A DNA stretch of 64,000 nucleotides, from assembly GCF_964355755.1 (NCBI RefSeq), contig NC_092675.1:3343812-3407811 (forward strand), in the 5' to 3' direction. Below, in pieces: positions 14,689 to 29,469 of the stretch (within the stretch, counting starts at the first letter, position 1; each line of letters begins with the position of its first letter). A program made the translations under genes and the position numbers. The notes below the pieces were generated by a model. The model ran no database searches, was not told the origin of the DNA, and saw nothing but the letters and a program-made list of their open reading frames with translations. The stretch comes from Antedon mediterranea. Taxonomy: Eukaryota; Animalia; Echinodermata.

Positions 14689-15598
14689 ATTCTCAGTGTG
14701 CTGTATCCACCAGTATCATAGGTAATTCTGTAATAATACAGTATCCCGTGTGTTTCCCATGTGATGCCTGTATCATGAAACATCAGGGGTGGGTGGGGGA
14801 GGGGTAGATATAGGTGTTCATTAGCCTTAATGTTACAGGCTCACATGTTATACTGTATCACAGAATGTGCCTATAATACTGGGTAATTTTAGATACAGCA
14901 TCAAGAAAGTACTAAACTGATGAAATAGATTAAAATGTCCCAATATGTGTTGTCTTCTTATTTGGTGTTGCCCATGTTTTATTTTATACTGAATTATTAA
15001 GTGGATCTTCTCTGGTACAAAATAGGCCTATTGTGTAATATTGAAATTGTAGCAGATATCTTTGTTAGTCTAACAACAGATGGTAAAAAGGTCTACTGAT
15101 TTATGTCAGATTTCTGAATATTCCAAGTGATCCAACCGTCATGAAATTGCCATAACAATAATCTCTAATATTAAAAATACATCAAACAGAATTATATTAA
15201 TTCCTATTTTCATGCACAGCATTTTTCTTGTGATACAAAAATATGTGGAAATGCCTTTTTTTTTTCAATATTTAATGGAATATATCCTAATTTTCATGCT
15301 GCACTGAAAAGGCTACACATGTTTTTCCTATACAAATATAATGTGTTTTTCTTTCTGTAGTAACATAAAAATACCAGCCATGTGGTGTTTAATATTGCAA
15401 TGCCAGCTGATTTTGTAAAGTATCATAGGCAACTGCTGTGATATAGCATCTCATGTGTTACAAATGTGACGCTTGTATTTTATAGTCAGTAACCTAACCC
15501 CGTAACCTTTCATGATACAGGCGTCACATGTGAAACACATGGGATGCTGTATCACCTATGATACTTGATATATATGTTGAGATACAGCACTGAGAATA
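14689..15598. mobile_element. Probable fold-back / non-autonomous DNA element with ~90-bp imperfect inverted ends
   Basis: 14689-14780 (attctcagtgtgctgtatc...catgtgatgcctgtatcatgaaa) is reverse-complementary to 15508-15598; a related fragment occurs at ~59680-59790. Confidence 0.55.
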
Positions 15599-16797
15599 GG
15601 GTAGATTTCAAACTGAGCAGCTCAATGTTAAATTCATAAAAATCAATTTAATCTTAGAACTTAATCAACTGATTTTTTTTTGTTGATTTTTTTTAGGCAA
15701 ATTGCCAAGGATAACCATAAGCAAATTCAATCACTATCCTTCTTAAAGGTGGCAATCCGTTCACGAGACAAACATATACACACAATGCTCTACATAAACT
15801 AAGTCTTTATTACAAGTCTTTGGGAGTGGAGTTGTAAATTGTCATTAGAAAAAATCCTGACATATGACAGGACTTGAACCCAGGACCCTTGGATTGGCAG
15901 CCAAGCATCATAACCACCAGGCCACAACTCCACTCCAATCATGTGCAGTATCTGCCCCTGGACATTGAATTGTTTATTGATAAAAATATTTCTTCTGTAA
16001 AATAACTTATGTTAAACAGTTAATCAACTCCATGCCAAATAGGACACGACACACAAAATGGACTTGAACATTATTACCACAAAAAAACCACAAAAACTTC
16101 TCAACCTAGGGATCTCTATACGGCCAAGTTTAATTTAATTATAGTCAACCCCCCAATACCCATCTAAATGCCTGTTTTTTCACAAATTCTGGTATTCTGG
16201 ATGTGTTTTTAATGGTTAAAAACAGTTTAGAACCTTTTGGACAGCATGAAATATCCAGTTTTGTGAGAGTTTTCGGTGTTTAGAGTCTGGTATAGGAGAG
16301 CTGCCTGTAATTACCAAACTTGTACCTACAGTACACAATCTTATGAATGGCTGTGGTAGTCAATAGTATTACAGTACAACACGTTTATAATTCATGCGGT
16401 ATTAATTTATTACAATCAAGAATGACAAATGAACACATACCAAAAGATTAAATAAAAAAGAGAATAACATTCAATAAACCAAATATTTCTACATCATTTA
16501 AAAGAAAAAATGTTTTATCTATCCTGAATAATATTGTATAAAAAGGTACTAAACAACTATAGGGAAACATTTACAATGGTAAGGGGTACAATTTTAGCAC
16601 CCTAAAGTTCTTACTGAGGTACTTTTACAGAATACACCAATTTATACTAATTTCCCTTAAAATCTAATATTTTAGATTTATACAGAAAAGAACATTTTAC
16701 AGAACTTTAATCTTTTGACAATCATTGTTACACTATATTTTCTCTTGTTTTTAAAAAAATTCAGAGTTTAAATCATAAAAAATGTTGTCTTATCTTA

Positions 16798-16949
16798 TGC
16801 TCTGTCTACATTATGTGAAAAAAATGTGATGTGCCCATATATGGACATGGTGATGTAATATCACTACCATATTTGTGCATTTCACTACCATATTTAGGCA
16901 CATCACACTTTTTTTTTTTCAAATTAGTTTGATAGTGTAGACAGAGCTT
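16798..16949. mobile_element. MITE family A copy
   Basis: gctctgtctaca ... tgatagtgtagacagagctt. Confidence 0.8.
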
Positions 16950-19023
16950 TATACACCTTTCAAATCCCTGGCAAAACTCTTAGTAGGTGTACACACACTA
17001 GGGCATTCCATACAAACACAGGTGTAGATGCTCCCAGTGTGAATGCAATATGAAAGGGTATTATTCCAATAGGTACAGCTCATTAAAAAACATTTCTAAT
17101 TTCAGATGGTAAAGTAATATTTATTATCTGTAAATACAGCAATAAAAATAATCATAAAAAAAATTACTGATTTTAAATCTTAACATATGATAAAGAAGAT
17201 TAAAAATTAATGTATTATTTTTATAATATATTCATAAACAATTTATTTCATCTCTTGATATTGACATAAAAATGATAACCAATAATTTTCTTTTTTGATT
17301 TTTATATTTTTTCTTCTGTGTGTTACCACTGCGTCGGGCCTGTTTTTGGTACCATGAAATATGAAATAAATAAAAAAAAATATATATTTAATTTTCTAGT
17401 GAAAACATGACTAATAATATGAGTTCGGTTTCAAGACTATATATATACAAATAATTAGAAGGTTGATATTGAGTATCATTGTCTGCCATATTATGTATAT
17501 AAACATATTTCTCTGAATTACAAATAGACCATAAATTTAATACATAAATTAGTAACTACTACATTTAACAGATTTACAAACAAACCTCTAGATTTAATAA
17601 TAATTGCACAAAAACAATTAATAAATTGATTGCATTGATTGAAAAATAATAAAATATTTTGAAAAGGGCACGGTTGTGAAATGAGGACACTTATTTATAT
17701 GTCACTTTTTTTTCATCCAACAGGGAGAAATTTGCCAATTACATAATGGATAAACTGAAAATTCTCATTTGAGTTGTAGGGAGTGGAGTTGAAAGAGTTC
17801 CGGATTGAACCATGGACCTTGGGATTGGAAGGCAAGCATGTTAACCACAAAGCTACAGATATAGCACCATTTTAGGTGTTGCTAAATTTTATATTTTAAA
17901 CCTTGGGTTCCTTTTAAATTTGAAAATTGAACATTTTACAGGTTTCAATAATGATATATTTGCTATACGATTGAAAACCACAATATCAATTATACAATAA
18001 TAATTATTTATAATAATAATAATAAATTCATGACAAATTGTAAAACATAATTTTTATAATACCTTTGGTATACTAATTATAGAAAAAAAAACCAATAAAA
18101 CTTAATACTTAAAATTATATTGCAACTTTATCAAAAATCTGGAATGCTATGAACACATAGAACTGTGCAAGTTCTTTAGTTAGATACAGCACTATACGTA
18201 CAGTATTAAATAAAACATTAGATAATGTATGTACAGTAGTTAATCATGATGCATTACGCTGACATCTTGTTCAGGATGTTCATTTATGGGTCAAAGGTCA
18301 TGAAATCATCAATATCTAAATGCCATGTGGTATAATAAGTTATTTATCCTGTATTACAATTCTATTATACTACTCTTCTATTGTATTTTGTCCTTAAACT
18401 TTAAAGTGGAATTATGCACATGTTGCACACCATACATGCTGTGAGCATTTATTGTACAATACATAAAAGTGTTTGTTCTACTAAGCACAATAGAATAAGA
18501 ATGTAAAAAACAGCTGCTCAACTCACAAAAAGTATTTAACTTAAACAAATCATCGTTTTGATAGTATCCCTGACTATAACAATACCAATTTAAACATACA
18601 ATTTATGAGAATATTTTGTCCAGGTGTCACATGGCAAAATAAAATGTTCTGCAAATAAGACGCAGTAAATATGTATTAATTATTAAACACGTATTTTACA
18701 ATATTAATTACTATGAAATTAATTAGCAAGATCTGTGTAAATAATTTCCTTTCTGTACAGTGAATAATCTTAAATACTGTACTTATCAAATATGATTTAA
18801 TAATAAACCTTGTTCATGCACATAGCACACTTTTTAGCATAATATAAAATGATCCATATTCCAATTCTGATTAAATTCCAATCCTGATTAAATAGTGAAT
18901 CCCTTTATCTTCTATGGTGCTCTGCTTATAATTGTACATTTAAAAAATATGCCAAAGTACTTTCTAAAGATGATAATTGGTCACGTTTTAGTCTAAAATT
19001 CTCTAGAGCATCAAATGCTTTTT

Positions 19024-19157
19024 AAACTCTGTCTACACTGCCCAAATATGGTAGTGATATTCCCACATATGGTAGTGATGATGTGACATCATCATGTCCA
19101 TAAATAGACACATCACATTTTTCTGTCACATAAAGTTTGATAGTGTAGACAGAGCTT
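19024..19157. mobile_element. MITE family A copy
   Basis: ctctgtctacact ... tttgatagtgtagacagagctt. Confidence 0.8.
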
Positions 19158-20530
19158 AACACACTATATATACATAAAGAATACTGTGTATTCCATGTAG
19201 TACATTGTATACAATGCAATAATGGCAAATGGATACAGTAGTAAAAGTGTTCCTTTAAATATGTGGACTTGCTACAGTGTTAAAAATAGGTAATTTCTTC
19301 ATTAACCAACATCCGACAACTACTATACTGTAAGAAACACTATGCACTGTATAACAGGGAATAAGTAATATTAATATGAGCACAACCATCCCATTACAAT
19401 AATGTTAAAATGGTGGTTCATTCAAATGGAATAAGTACAATATGTTATTAAAATGGTGTGTTTACTATATTATAATATAATTGATATCCTTTAATGATAA
19501 TCTTTAAAAAATTTATCATCAACCTTCATGACATATTTAGACAACTTTTTCATCATTGAAATCGGAGTTTTAAAATATTTACATATAAGAAAAATCTTTT
19601 TTAATAACAAAAAAATGATTTCAACATGTGGAAATCTACCCAATAAAGAAGAAAAATTATAAATGAATCTATTTAAATAAAACTACTGTATTTATAATAT
19701 ATTTAAAGAAAAATGAACAAAATAAAGTAAAATATTGAATCTATTTCCTTGTGCAAAATTGTACTTATAATTTGTAAATTCAAAGGATTTAAAGTATAAA
19801 TGCATAATTTAAATAAGAGAACGCACCCTACAGGAAGCCTAACCCATAGGAGGATTTCTTTTGTCAGGTACTACTAGGCTACAGGACATGAAATGGCCAG
19901 GAAACCTAACCCTATTAAAGCATTATATGATGCCTAATAAGTGGGGTTCACATGGACCTCACTGTGAGGACTTAGCAAATAATGGGATCCAATAAAATAC
20001 TGTGTAAAGCCAATAAAGTACAAGTAACAACCATTGAGAAATAGTATACAAATAATGAATGTTTATGAGTGCAATGGTACAAATAATGGCACGAGGTGAA
20101 TGATGAAAGGTTATAACAAGGAACCAGGTTTGATTGGGAACTGTAGAACAGAACTACTTTGTACACCATAGATTCATATTTCTTATTTACCCTAACAGGA
20201 TTCGATGCCTAAAATCAAAACGTCCATCTGAAGATACCATCTGAAAAACTAACTTTTGATCCCTTGATTTAAACAGATTTTGCCTCCTATTTAGATGTAG
20301 ACCCTACTAATGATAATAGTAATATATTAGTAGGGTTAAACATTCAATGAATTTCTCATTTAATTAATCACTGTCTCTTGTTATCATTTACAATACATCA
20401 AGTACTCTTATTAGCATTTATAATGTGTGTAAATTGATAATTTTAATGCATCTTGGTTTGAGACGTCTCATTAACACACCTTAATTTAATACAGTAATAA
20501 TTACCTATACTGTACAAGATAAGCTAATAA

Positions 20531-20594
20531 TAAGCCTGGTATCATTAAGCCTGGTATCATTAAGCCTGGTATCATTAAGCCTGGTATCATTAAG
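20531..20594. repeat. 15-bp tandem repeat
   Basis: (aagcctggtatcatt)x4. Confidence 0.85.
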
Positions 20595-20900
20595 TACATT
20601 GTGTTCTTGTGTTGTATTTCATTTTACCTTAAATACAATCATTGTTTTAATTAATTCATTTATGATTTCAAATTTGAATGATCATAACAAATAATTTTGA
20701 TTACAGTATGGTGATACAGTAGCAAATATCCATAAATCTTCTGGGTCGAATGAAGAATGAATAATACTTCCATCGCGAATCTTCAAGGTTGCTGCGAGGG
20801 TGGATGTCTTGGGACGAATCTTCAGTGATTTTTTTAAGTAAATAAAAAAGTAAACACACTAAAATTTCACCTTGAATTTCATAAAATTATCTTTTCTTTA

Positions 20901-22765
20901 TCTAGAAAAAAAAAATCATAAAATAGTAGTTTAGTAAACATAGATTATAATAACATAATTAAATAATTAAGTAGCTACATTAAAGTATTTTTATTTTAAG
21001 ATAAAAAAAATTAAACATGAAACATTATTCAAATACAAAACAATGTATGTTCCTGGATTGTTTTTTTGTTTTTTTTACTGTAGTATATTTCCTGGATTGT
21101 ACACATCATTTATGAATAAATAGTATTCCAAAATTAGAATGAATGTGAAAAGTCAATTAAAGTCGAAAAATAATTAATTAGTAGGATACCGCGCTGGCAA
21201 TTACAAACTACACAAGTTAGTAAACACCACTGTATCATTAATGTAAATAGGTTGTTAACATTTTATCTATAAATAATGAATTCACCGTTGAAAAGGCTAC
21301 GCTTTAGTTACATGTTTAAATAAATTACAATGCCATTAATTTATGAATGTACAGTAAATTGTAAATAAACACCATTGTGGTAATGCATTATATATTGCTG
21401 TCTAACGCAGTACTAAATTGTTAGAAAAAATAAACTTATCTACTGTACCATTATTTATGGTAGTATTATTATATATTTATTTTTTGTTAATTAAATTAGG
21501 TCATTTTTTTATGCATCAACAAATAAATGTACAAATAAATGTACAGATAAAAATGTACCATTTGTATCTTGAGTTGGCTTCAAACACTGTCATGTCTTCA
21601 TCATCTTCCTCTTGATCTAATGGTGCCATCTCAAGATGATCAGAATTAGTTGTCAACACTCCATACTTCCTTGTTTTTCTATTCCTCCTCAATCTGAGTG
21701 AGAAAAATAGTTAGTTTATATTACAAAAATATTTATTTAAATTACAAAATTAAAGAAGTTACTTTACATTAGAAATGGCACTTAGTACAGTAATAATTAG
21801 CACCAATAATGAAAACTAGTGTACAGTATCAAAAGCAACTTATGTCTACACATTCTTCTTTTTATTTTCGCATCACACACATGGACCCTCCCATTTACCT
21901 ACCAGTGTTACATCTCTAATTCAACAAAATAAAAAATTATTAAAGTATTAATACAGTCACAATTTTAACACTTTCATTAACTCATACGCCATTGATTGTA
22001 GTACAATCATCTGCAGTTTATTTTACCTTTTTTAGTTCCATCCCACGTTTCCTAAAAAAACATTGCAAGAAGAAATGGCACATTTTCGTTGATGCTTACC
22101 TTAAGAGAAATAAGGAGGCAAAGAGCTTTACTCGTATACTATAGGCTGCCTCCTCTCATAGTGTTTATGTGCGAGTCATATATGTTCGTTTGAAAGTGTT
22201 AAGTGTTGGGCTTGAAATACTAGGTACGTATTACAATATATTTTCTTAATTATAAATATATTATTTAACTAGAATTTAATTCACCTAATTATTAATAATA
22301 TTTTTTTTTAATATGGTACCTACATCATCCCCAGACCTACCTGATAGTTCTATAAACAAAATATAGCAAAGCAATCACAGTTATTGAAAGCAAAACAGCA
22401 ACCATTCTTTTTAAAGTGCCTTGCGATGTAATTCCATTAATAATTCCTGAGGCTGTAAAGCCTTGGTTTGATTCCTTGTTATTCTCATCTGAGTTCGTGT
22501 TGTTTTGTTTTGTAGTAGGTTTAGGCTCGGTGGAAGGGGTCGGGTGTGTGGTCTTCATGGGTACTACTGGCGCATCGTCATTATCTCGTTTATAAACATC
22601 GCGGTTAGCACGTCCATTTTCCTCCGCACCGATGTGCGACAGGCCTAACTGTTGTCGGAGGCTTAGGCCTAGACCATATTGTGTCGAATTAGTAGGTTGG
22701 ATGCACGCAAAAAAACAAAAACAACAACTAAGAAAAAGTACAAACATATATGTTAACCGTTCCAT
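20901..22765 (-). CDS. FAM174: FAM174-family (DUF1180) single-pass membrane protein
   Basis: Exon 22765-22341 encodes a signal peptide, a Thr/Pro/Asn-rich ectodomain and the TM helix RMVAVLLSITVIALLYFVYR. Exon 21693-21559 reads LRRNRKTRKYGVLTTNSDHLEMAPLDQEEDDEDMTVFEANSRYK, the typical FAM174 tail. The stop TG|A is completed by an acceptor at 20901. Confidence 0.85.
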
Positions 22766-24992
22766 CTCAATTATAACGGTAATATTATGAAAAACGAAAG
22801 TAAATACGTGATTTTTCTTCAACCAGCCAGATGGCGAAACAATTTCACAGGCTATTAAATCCACATCTCTCTTTTATTGCAATAGCGCCACCTAGCGACA
22901 ATAAACATCACATGATGAGTACATGACGCAGAAGTACACGTACACGTACTGTAGTAGTAGTTAGTAGGGGGAGGGGGGGGGGGGGAGGTGGGAGAGATAC
23001 ACCACCTACTAAAGATGATGCCACAATCACATTTTAATTAATATTCATACGAATTTAATCCAATCGTCTTTTTTAGTTTTACCATTTGTTCAGTACAAGG
23101 GCCAACTCCATAGAATAGTAATAAATATATAAACAAGAATATTTCTTACAAAAAACGCTGCTCGCTTATCTTTACTCCATGTTGTTATTGCTAAGGTCAA
23201 GTCTGGGGGTCACTTCATCACGCCTAGATACTTCAAGTATCCTATTACAAACAAAAACTTCAATGGACTGTTTTGATAATAATTCAATGATTATCTGACA
23301 GCGAATTATATCATGGGACTCATAAATACCAGAATGCTTTGGGATTTGTCGTTAGACTCTTTTCTCAGCCGTTTTTGGATTCAACAGGTGGTACCAATAA
23401 ATTATAGTGGAGTTTCCATTTTAACAAAAATGTCAAAGTGTAGTACTATAAAGCTGCTTGATTTCATCTAATGAATGAGTCATCTCGTGTGACGTAGCGG
23501 GCTAGAGCAGCAGCGTGAAAAGATAAACGGGAAATTCAACATGTGACCATGAGAATATCATCATGGCATTCATTAGATCTACGTGTCTACAACAACATGG
23601 AAACAAATAGATCATGTATTTAACGTATAGAACTACTACTAATAAAATGCAGTGACTTATTTTTATTTTATATCACTCTGATCCACTAGCACCAAATTGG
23701 GTCCACTGAGCACAGTGTATTAACATAGGCCTACGAATAAATATACAAACTTAGTGACAATTTATCTGTGCTCCACGTGCGCAAAATTTGGTCCACACAC
23801 ATAAATATCATATTAACCTTGTTAAAACCAAATTGACCAGTTAGCTCAGTTGCCTGTGCGTCGTGTTGACAATACGTATGTCGTGGGTTCGATTCCCACG
23901 CTGATCGGTGGAATAGAGTTAAAGGTATGCGACCAACTGTGTTTGGAGTTCATAGAATTATACGTCTTTCCACCACACATCATGAGGCGACAACAACAAT
24001 GCATCTGATGATGTGCTGGAAACGACCCCAAAAGGCTGTGGCAGGGCCTTAGTGCTGAGGCAGGGAGAGCACATTTAACATCTTTTTTTTTAATTTTATT
24101 TTTTTTACCACCCTGCATTCGATCTCGTAAATGTTATGTTTGCCGCCCTCAATTTTAAAAGAAATTAAATTTATATCATCGCAGGTGTACGAAACGGTTT
24201 GGTATGCCGTGCGTTGTTATGCAATGGTTGTGCAGGTGTAGTGGGAAAGATGGTATTGTTAGTCATTCGCGGTCAACACGCCACACTGTTAAATTTTGAT
24301 TTTGTTAATCAATGTTGCTACATTGGTAGCGAAATGTCCGATTCATGCAAGATATTGTATTGTAATACTATGAATAAACGTTTATGGATAGGCCTAGTTG
24401 GTGTGTATGGCCGCACCGTCTCAGAATAAACATGTTTTAAACAGATAGTTTGTCTCCGAACCCGTCTCCGAAGGTTTTTGTATGGGGTTAATGGAGAGTG
24501 AAATAATATCAAATATAGAACATTTTTTTTTGCAAAGATGCCGATTTATAGACCAATTTCGAAGCTTATTCCGCCGCCGGGTTAGGCCTTTAGAGGCATA
24601 TATGAAGTTGAGTTATGATGTCGCGTCTGGATATTTAAAATTTTATTATAATTATCATAGGTGATTATGTATAGTAATAAGTATAAGTGCAATTCTGGGC
24701 TCCACCGGTGCCAAATTTGATCCACTGGACCAGTTTCCGTAGTACTATTTCTATTTCTGAAGAAATAAATGTATAAATGACGCTGCGTAGAGAAGTAGAC
24801 AATTGCATGCTCCATCGTCAGAATATACCTCAATTTGTTACCGGTTGAAAGTTTTCGTGTTTGCCGCCCTCTATTTTAAAAGGCGCTCATTTTTTGCTCA
24901 CAGCACGCATCATTTTTCTCATCACGCACGGAAAACCTCACACACAAGCGAGTCAGAATCCCAAATAGATTGAGCAATTAAAAGAAGAAAAC

Positions 24993-27900
24993 ATGTTTTG
25001 GGGTAAGTTCTGAGCATAGAAGTTGACACTAAATTATATTTTATTTGTTTAAGAAAACGGCAGTATTTATAATTTAATATTTTTTAAGCTATATGCGAAT
25101 ATATTTGAGTGGATTGGTTTGTTGCTCTCTCAGCTTTATCAGAAGTATGGCTTCGTTTTTTTGTGGCTGGATGCTGAATGATAAATAAAGGCGTTACTGC
25201 ACATGCACACAGAACACAGTAGTGTGGGCGCTGGGAGGCGGTTTTTTGTGAGAGTGATGATCCGTGCAGCTGCTTCTCGGCTTCTTTGTTGAAATAAATG
25301 TCTTGATAAAATAGAAATCTCTACATTTTATGTGATCTGGGCTTAGCCGGCCTGTTCTAAATTAAAACTATGTTTAAAAAAAACAGTAGTTTCTGCTTTT
25401 TGAACATATCATGTTATCCATTTTTATTTAACTCGCAGTAAAATTCTGACATAATTAATACAATAATCTGTTTCAATCAGTCATATCCAACCATTGTTAA
25501 AGTCGATTGCAAGAGATATACGACAATGTTGAAATATTGTGGCGACTTGTTGATATGACTTGGTAAAAAATTACACCAGAAAATTAACAATATTATAAGC
25601 AACTTCCACAAAACCAACCTACAATATCCTAAAAAAAAACAATTTGTACCAACTCTGATGTAGGTTGGATTGTGGAAGTACGGTAATTAAGGTTTGAATC
25701 AGACTATTGCAACTGTCATGAATTCTTTTCTTAAAAAACTATGACCAATGTCGAGTTGAACTGCTATTTCATTAATAAATTTGGCTGCTTGCATTGGTGA
25801 ACATGTATGAATGATAAATTCAGTAACATTTTTATAAATGTTATGTTTTGCACTAATTGTAACTTTAAAAATTGGCCTGTACACGGCGGCGTTAAAAAAA
25901 TGCAAACAAAAACTAATGGTAATATTTCACTTTCACAGGTCTATCAATAGAGGGTGGTAAACACTATTCACAAATAGTAAATGAAACATTTAACGTTACA
26001 ATGGCTGCCCTTGAAACAAGAGAATTTTCCGGTGTTGGTAAGTTTTTTTTAAATATTTGGTAAAACTATACCCGTTAAGCGTTAACCTCTGAATGAATTT
26101 CAGGGGAGGAAGGGCGTTTTTTAATAGTAGTTTTTAGTTTTTTTTATTGTAGTTTGACAAAAAAGTTTGATGTGTCCAAATATGGTAGTGATATGACATC
26201 ATCATTCATGTCTATATATGGACACATCACATTTTTTTGTCACATAAAGTTTGAATTTGTAGACAGAACCATTTTGGAAATTAAATTGACACCGACTTTA
26301 AATTTAATTTCTACTTACCTCTTAAACTTAAAAAAACCATTATCCCTGATATATGTAATAACATTGTTTATGTATGCTTGCAATAATCGAATGTTGAGGT
26401 TTTTACAGAATATTTAGTTGTTTTTTTATGTCATTTAAAAAGAAAATCAGGGGATGATGATGGTTAACAAGTAGTGTTTTTTTTTGCCTCTATTATATAA
26501 ACAGACCATTTAATGTGTTAAATATATTTTAAAATCTGTCTGAAATAATACTTGTTTGACAATTAATTGAGCACATTGTTTTAACTGTACATTAAATATG
26601 TATGTAAATTTACAACATTTGAACAAAGTCATGTTCAATGTGTTGTCGTAAGGTCAAGGATCTCTTCATCATAGTCTTCTTGTAACTACTTAATTTAAAA
26701 CGTAGGTTCAGTGTAAACATATGAACTCAGCACATTCATAGTCCAGTCATAGAGATATTATCTCTATGGTCCAATGTACACATTTGAAGGCTAAAGCTTT
26801 GTCTACACTATTAACCTTTATGTGACAACAAAATGTGATGTGCCCATATATGGACATGATGATGTCATATCACTACCATATTTGGGAATATCACATCTTT
26901 TTTCTAAAATTAGTTTCATAGTGTAAACAGAGCTACATTGTCTGAGAATAGAATAACAGAGACAAATATTATTGGATGTAAAATTATAATTAATATCAAC
27001 ATGTGTAATATTAATAAAGAGAAAGAATTAGTAATCAATCAACATTTATTTAGAAACGGTTCATGAAATAGAAACAGCATACATTATTTAAAATAACTTA
27101 AAATGGCTGCCATATAGTGTGCGAGGCTGTTGTGTTTAGCCATTTCACTTTCTTTACAATACAGTATTCACATGTGCAATAAATTTGCATGTGTAATGTG
27201 CCACGCATCCTAGGCATGGCTATCATATTTGTTTCTGATTGGCTGATTGCAGTTGTTGTTGCCTGGATGGAATCACTTGATGTGAGATATGCAGTAAACT
27301 GGCAGCTTGTGTTACAGCAGTGTATTAGGGATCATCTTAGAAAATTCCCCACAAGTGGAAAAAACACTTGCTAACGATTTTTGTTAACAAAGACTGGCTG
27401 GAAGGAAGCGTTTTGTTAATTCACAATAAAACACAATGACGTTTATAACACTGCGTTATACAAGGGTCATATGCAAATTTATTTAGATTAGGAATAATTG
27501 TATGGTTCTGGAACAAAGACTTGTAGCTATATAATGTATTGTAACACTCTACTAACTGTAGTGACATTGTAATGTAATTAATGACCTATTCAACATGAAT
27601 AATGCAAGCTGTTAATGTCTCGTCTTTATGCTAAGAAATATCATGCATTACTGATTACTGTTGTGTTAGACACTGAGACTTGGTTACATTCCATGTTAAT
27701 GAGATCTGTATCAACTATAAATTAGTGTTAGGTTCTCTGAGGAAGGATACATTTATATGAACTACAGTAATATGATCTACAGTAATATGATTAGACATCT
27801 GAACAATTTACAATTTAAGGTTCGAGTAATTTAAAGATGAAAATGTTTAAAGTAATATATAGAAAAAATAATATAATTTAAATACAAATGGTATTTTTTA

Positions 27901-29469
27901 AACAGTTTTTTTGCAACTTACTAATTAATTTAAAGATGAACATTTGTAAAGTAAAAAGAAAAAAATAGTATAATACATGCAACTTTTGCAACTTATTATG
28001 TAATGTAAAAATTGTCATGTTGACTGTAGATACTTATTAAACGTTAAATTATCTGTCCTAGTTGTACATTAAGATCAATTTATTGAGAAATTTCAATTTA
28101 CCATTTTCGTGAACTGATTTTATAACAATTTTGAATACACATTTAAAAACAATGAGTAATATAACAAAATGAATACACAACATTTTTTTGTCATTAGATC
28201 CCAAACCATCAGGTCTAGCTCAAGTAATTGTAAGGCATGACCGTACAGAGTTCTTACTCTGTTCCTTACACCACGGCCATCTTCATCAACAGCCTTTAAA
28301 CTTGTGTTTTTCGGAGGGTGAAGAGGTTACGTTTTTTATGGAAGGAAAGGGTAAGTAATTGAATTAAATCTTCATTCAGTTGTTGTCATAGTCAGCCAAG
28401 TCGAATATAATGTATGGATCGCAATGTAAAGTAAAAGTTGTACAGTAATATATTCTTATCTACTATTAGTATATTCCTATCTACAGTAATATATTCCTAT
28501 CTACTGTAACAGATAGTTGTTTAAAGGCTTTCTTCTCAATCATACATTGGATAGTCAAACACAATTCCTATCTACAGTAATATATTCCTTTCTACAGTAA
28601 TATATTCCTTTCTACTGTAACAGATAGTTGTTTAAAGGCTTTCTTCTCAATCACACATTGGATAGTCAAACACAATTCCTGGCTAACTGAATAGAATTCC
28701 ATGGGAGTTGAATTTATAGCCCAGTTAAATTTAGCAACCACTGCCTGCCAGTAGAACTGAATGTGGCCTCAAGCGATTAAAATTCAAATGTTTTCTGGTG
28801 TTTTTTGTTGTTGATAAAGCCAAGGTTAAAAAAAAGGTAGCCTGGTGAATAATCCAAGTACAGACCCATTTACCATAGTTGAATTTACCAAAGGGAACAA
28901 AGCTTTTGTCAGGCTTCACACACTCTGTAGAGAAAAGGCCATGTGACCAAGCTTGTGTAAAAAGTCCAATGTTGCTCCAATGCTATTGTCCCCAAAAACA
29001 TGAAAAATGAAGATTAATTAAATCATACTTTGAATATGTTATTTGGTAGTTTGAATAAAGTTTATCCCTTCCCGTAAAAAAAAATATATTTAAAATTAGA
29101 AAGTAAATGGTCAAATTCAACCAAAAGCCCATTGGCTGGCAGCCAATTTGATTATTTTTTGCTTTAAATTACAGTTTTTTAAGGTAAATACATTTTTTTT
29201 TCGATTCAATTTTTGTTCATGACATTAAAATGGCATATTAAAAAAAAATGCTTCAACTAATTTTTTCAGGGGGAAAATACATGATCTTTAATGTATTATT
29301 ATGACATATTTGTAAGATTAGATGACACACTTAATATTATATTTATGTATAGGTATGGTACATTTAAGTGGATTCCTTAGGCCGTCATTCAATATGGATG
29401 ATGGTGATATGGACTATCCATCAATGTCAGAATCTGAGTCTGAGGAAAGCCTAGGGAACACATCAGACG
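24993..29469 (+). CDS. Shared 5' exons encoding a nucleoplasmin-like (NPL) domain plus short acidic tract
   Basis: Exons 24993-25002, 25939-26037, 28198-28350, 29353-29469 (all phase-1 introns) give MFWGLSIEGGKHYSQIVNETFNVTMAALE...EFLLCSLHHGHLHQQPLNLCFSEGEEVTFFMEGKGMVHLSGFL...SESESEES. This matches the FWG / AAL / L-L-F..GE.V.F / VHLSG pattern of FKBP39/Fpr3/HD2 NPL domains. Confidence 0.9.
26795..26934. mobile_element. MITE family A copy
   Basis: aagctttgtctacactatt ... atagtgtaaacagagct. Confidence 0.8.
28440..28680. repeat. Compound tandem repeat (21-bp units within a ~110-bp duplication)
   Basis: tacagtaatatattcctatc units; ctactgtaacagatagttgtttaaaggc...cacaattcct present twice. Confidence 0.75.

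Noticed and set aside
23836-23905. Functional tRNA genes here and at 8211 and 15868
   Set aside because: A/B boxes are present but stems are mismatched; better explained as SINE heads or pseudogenes.
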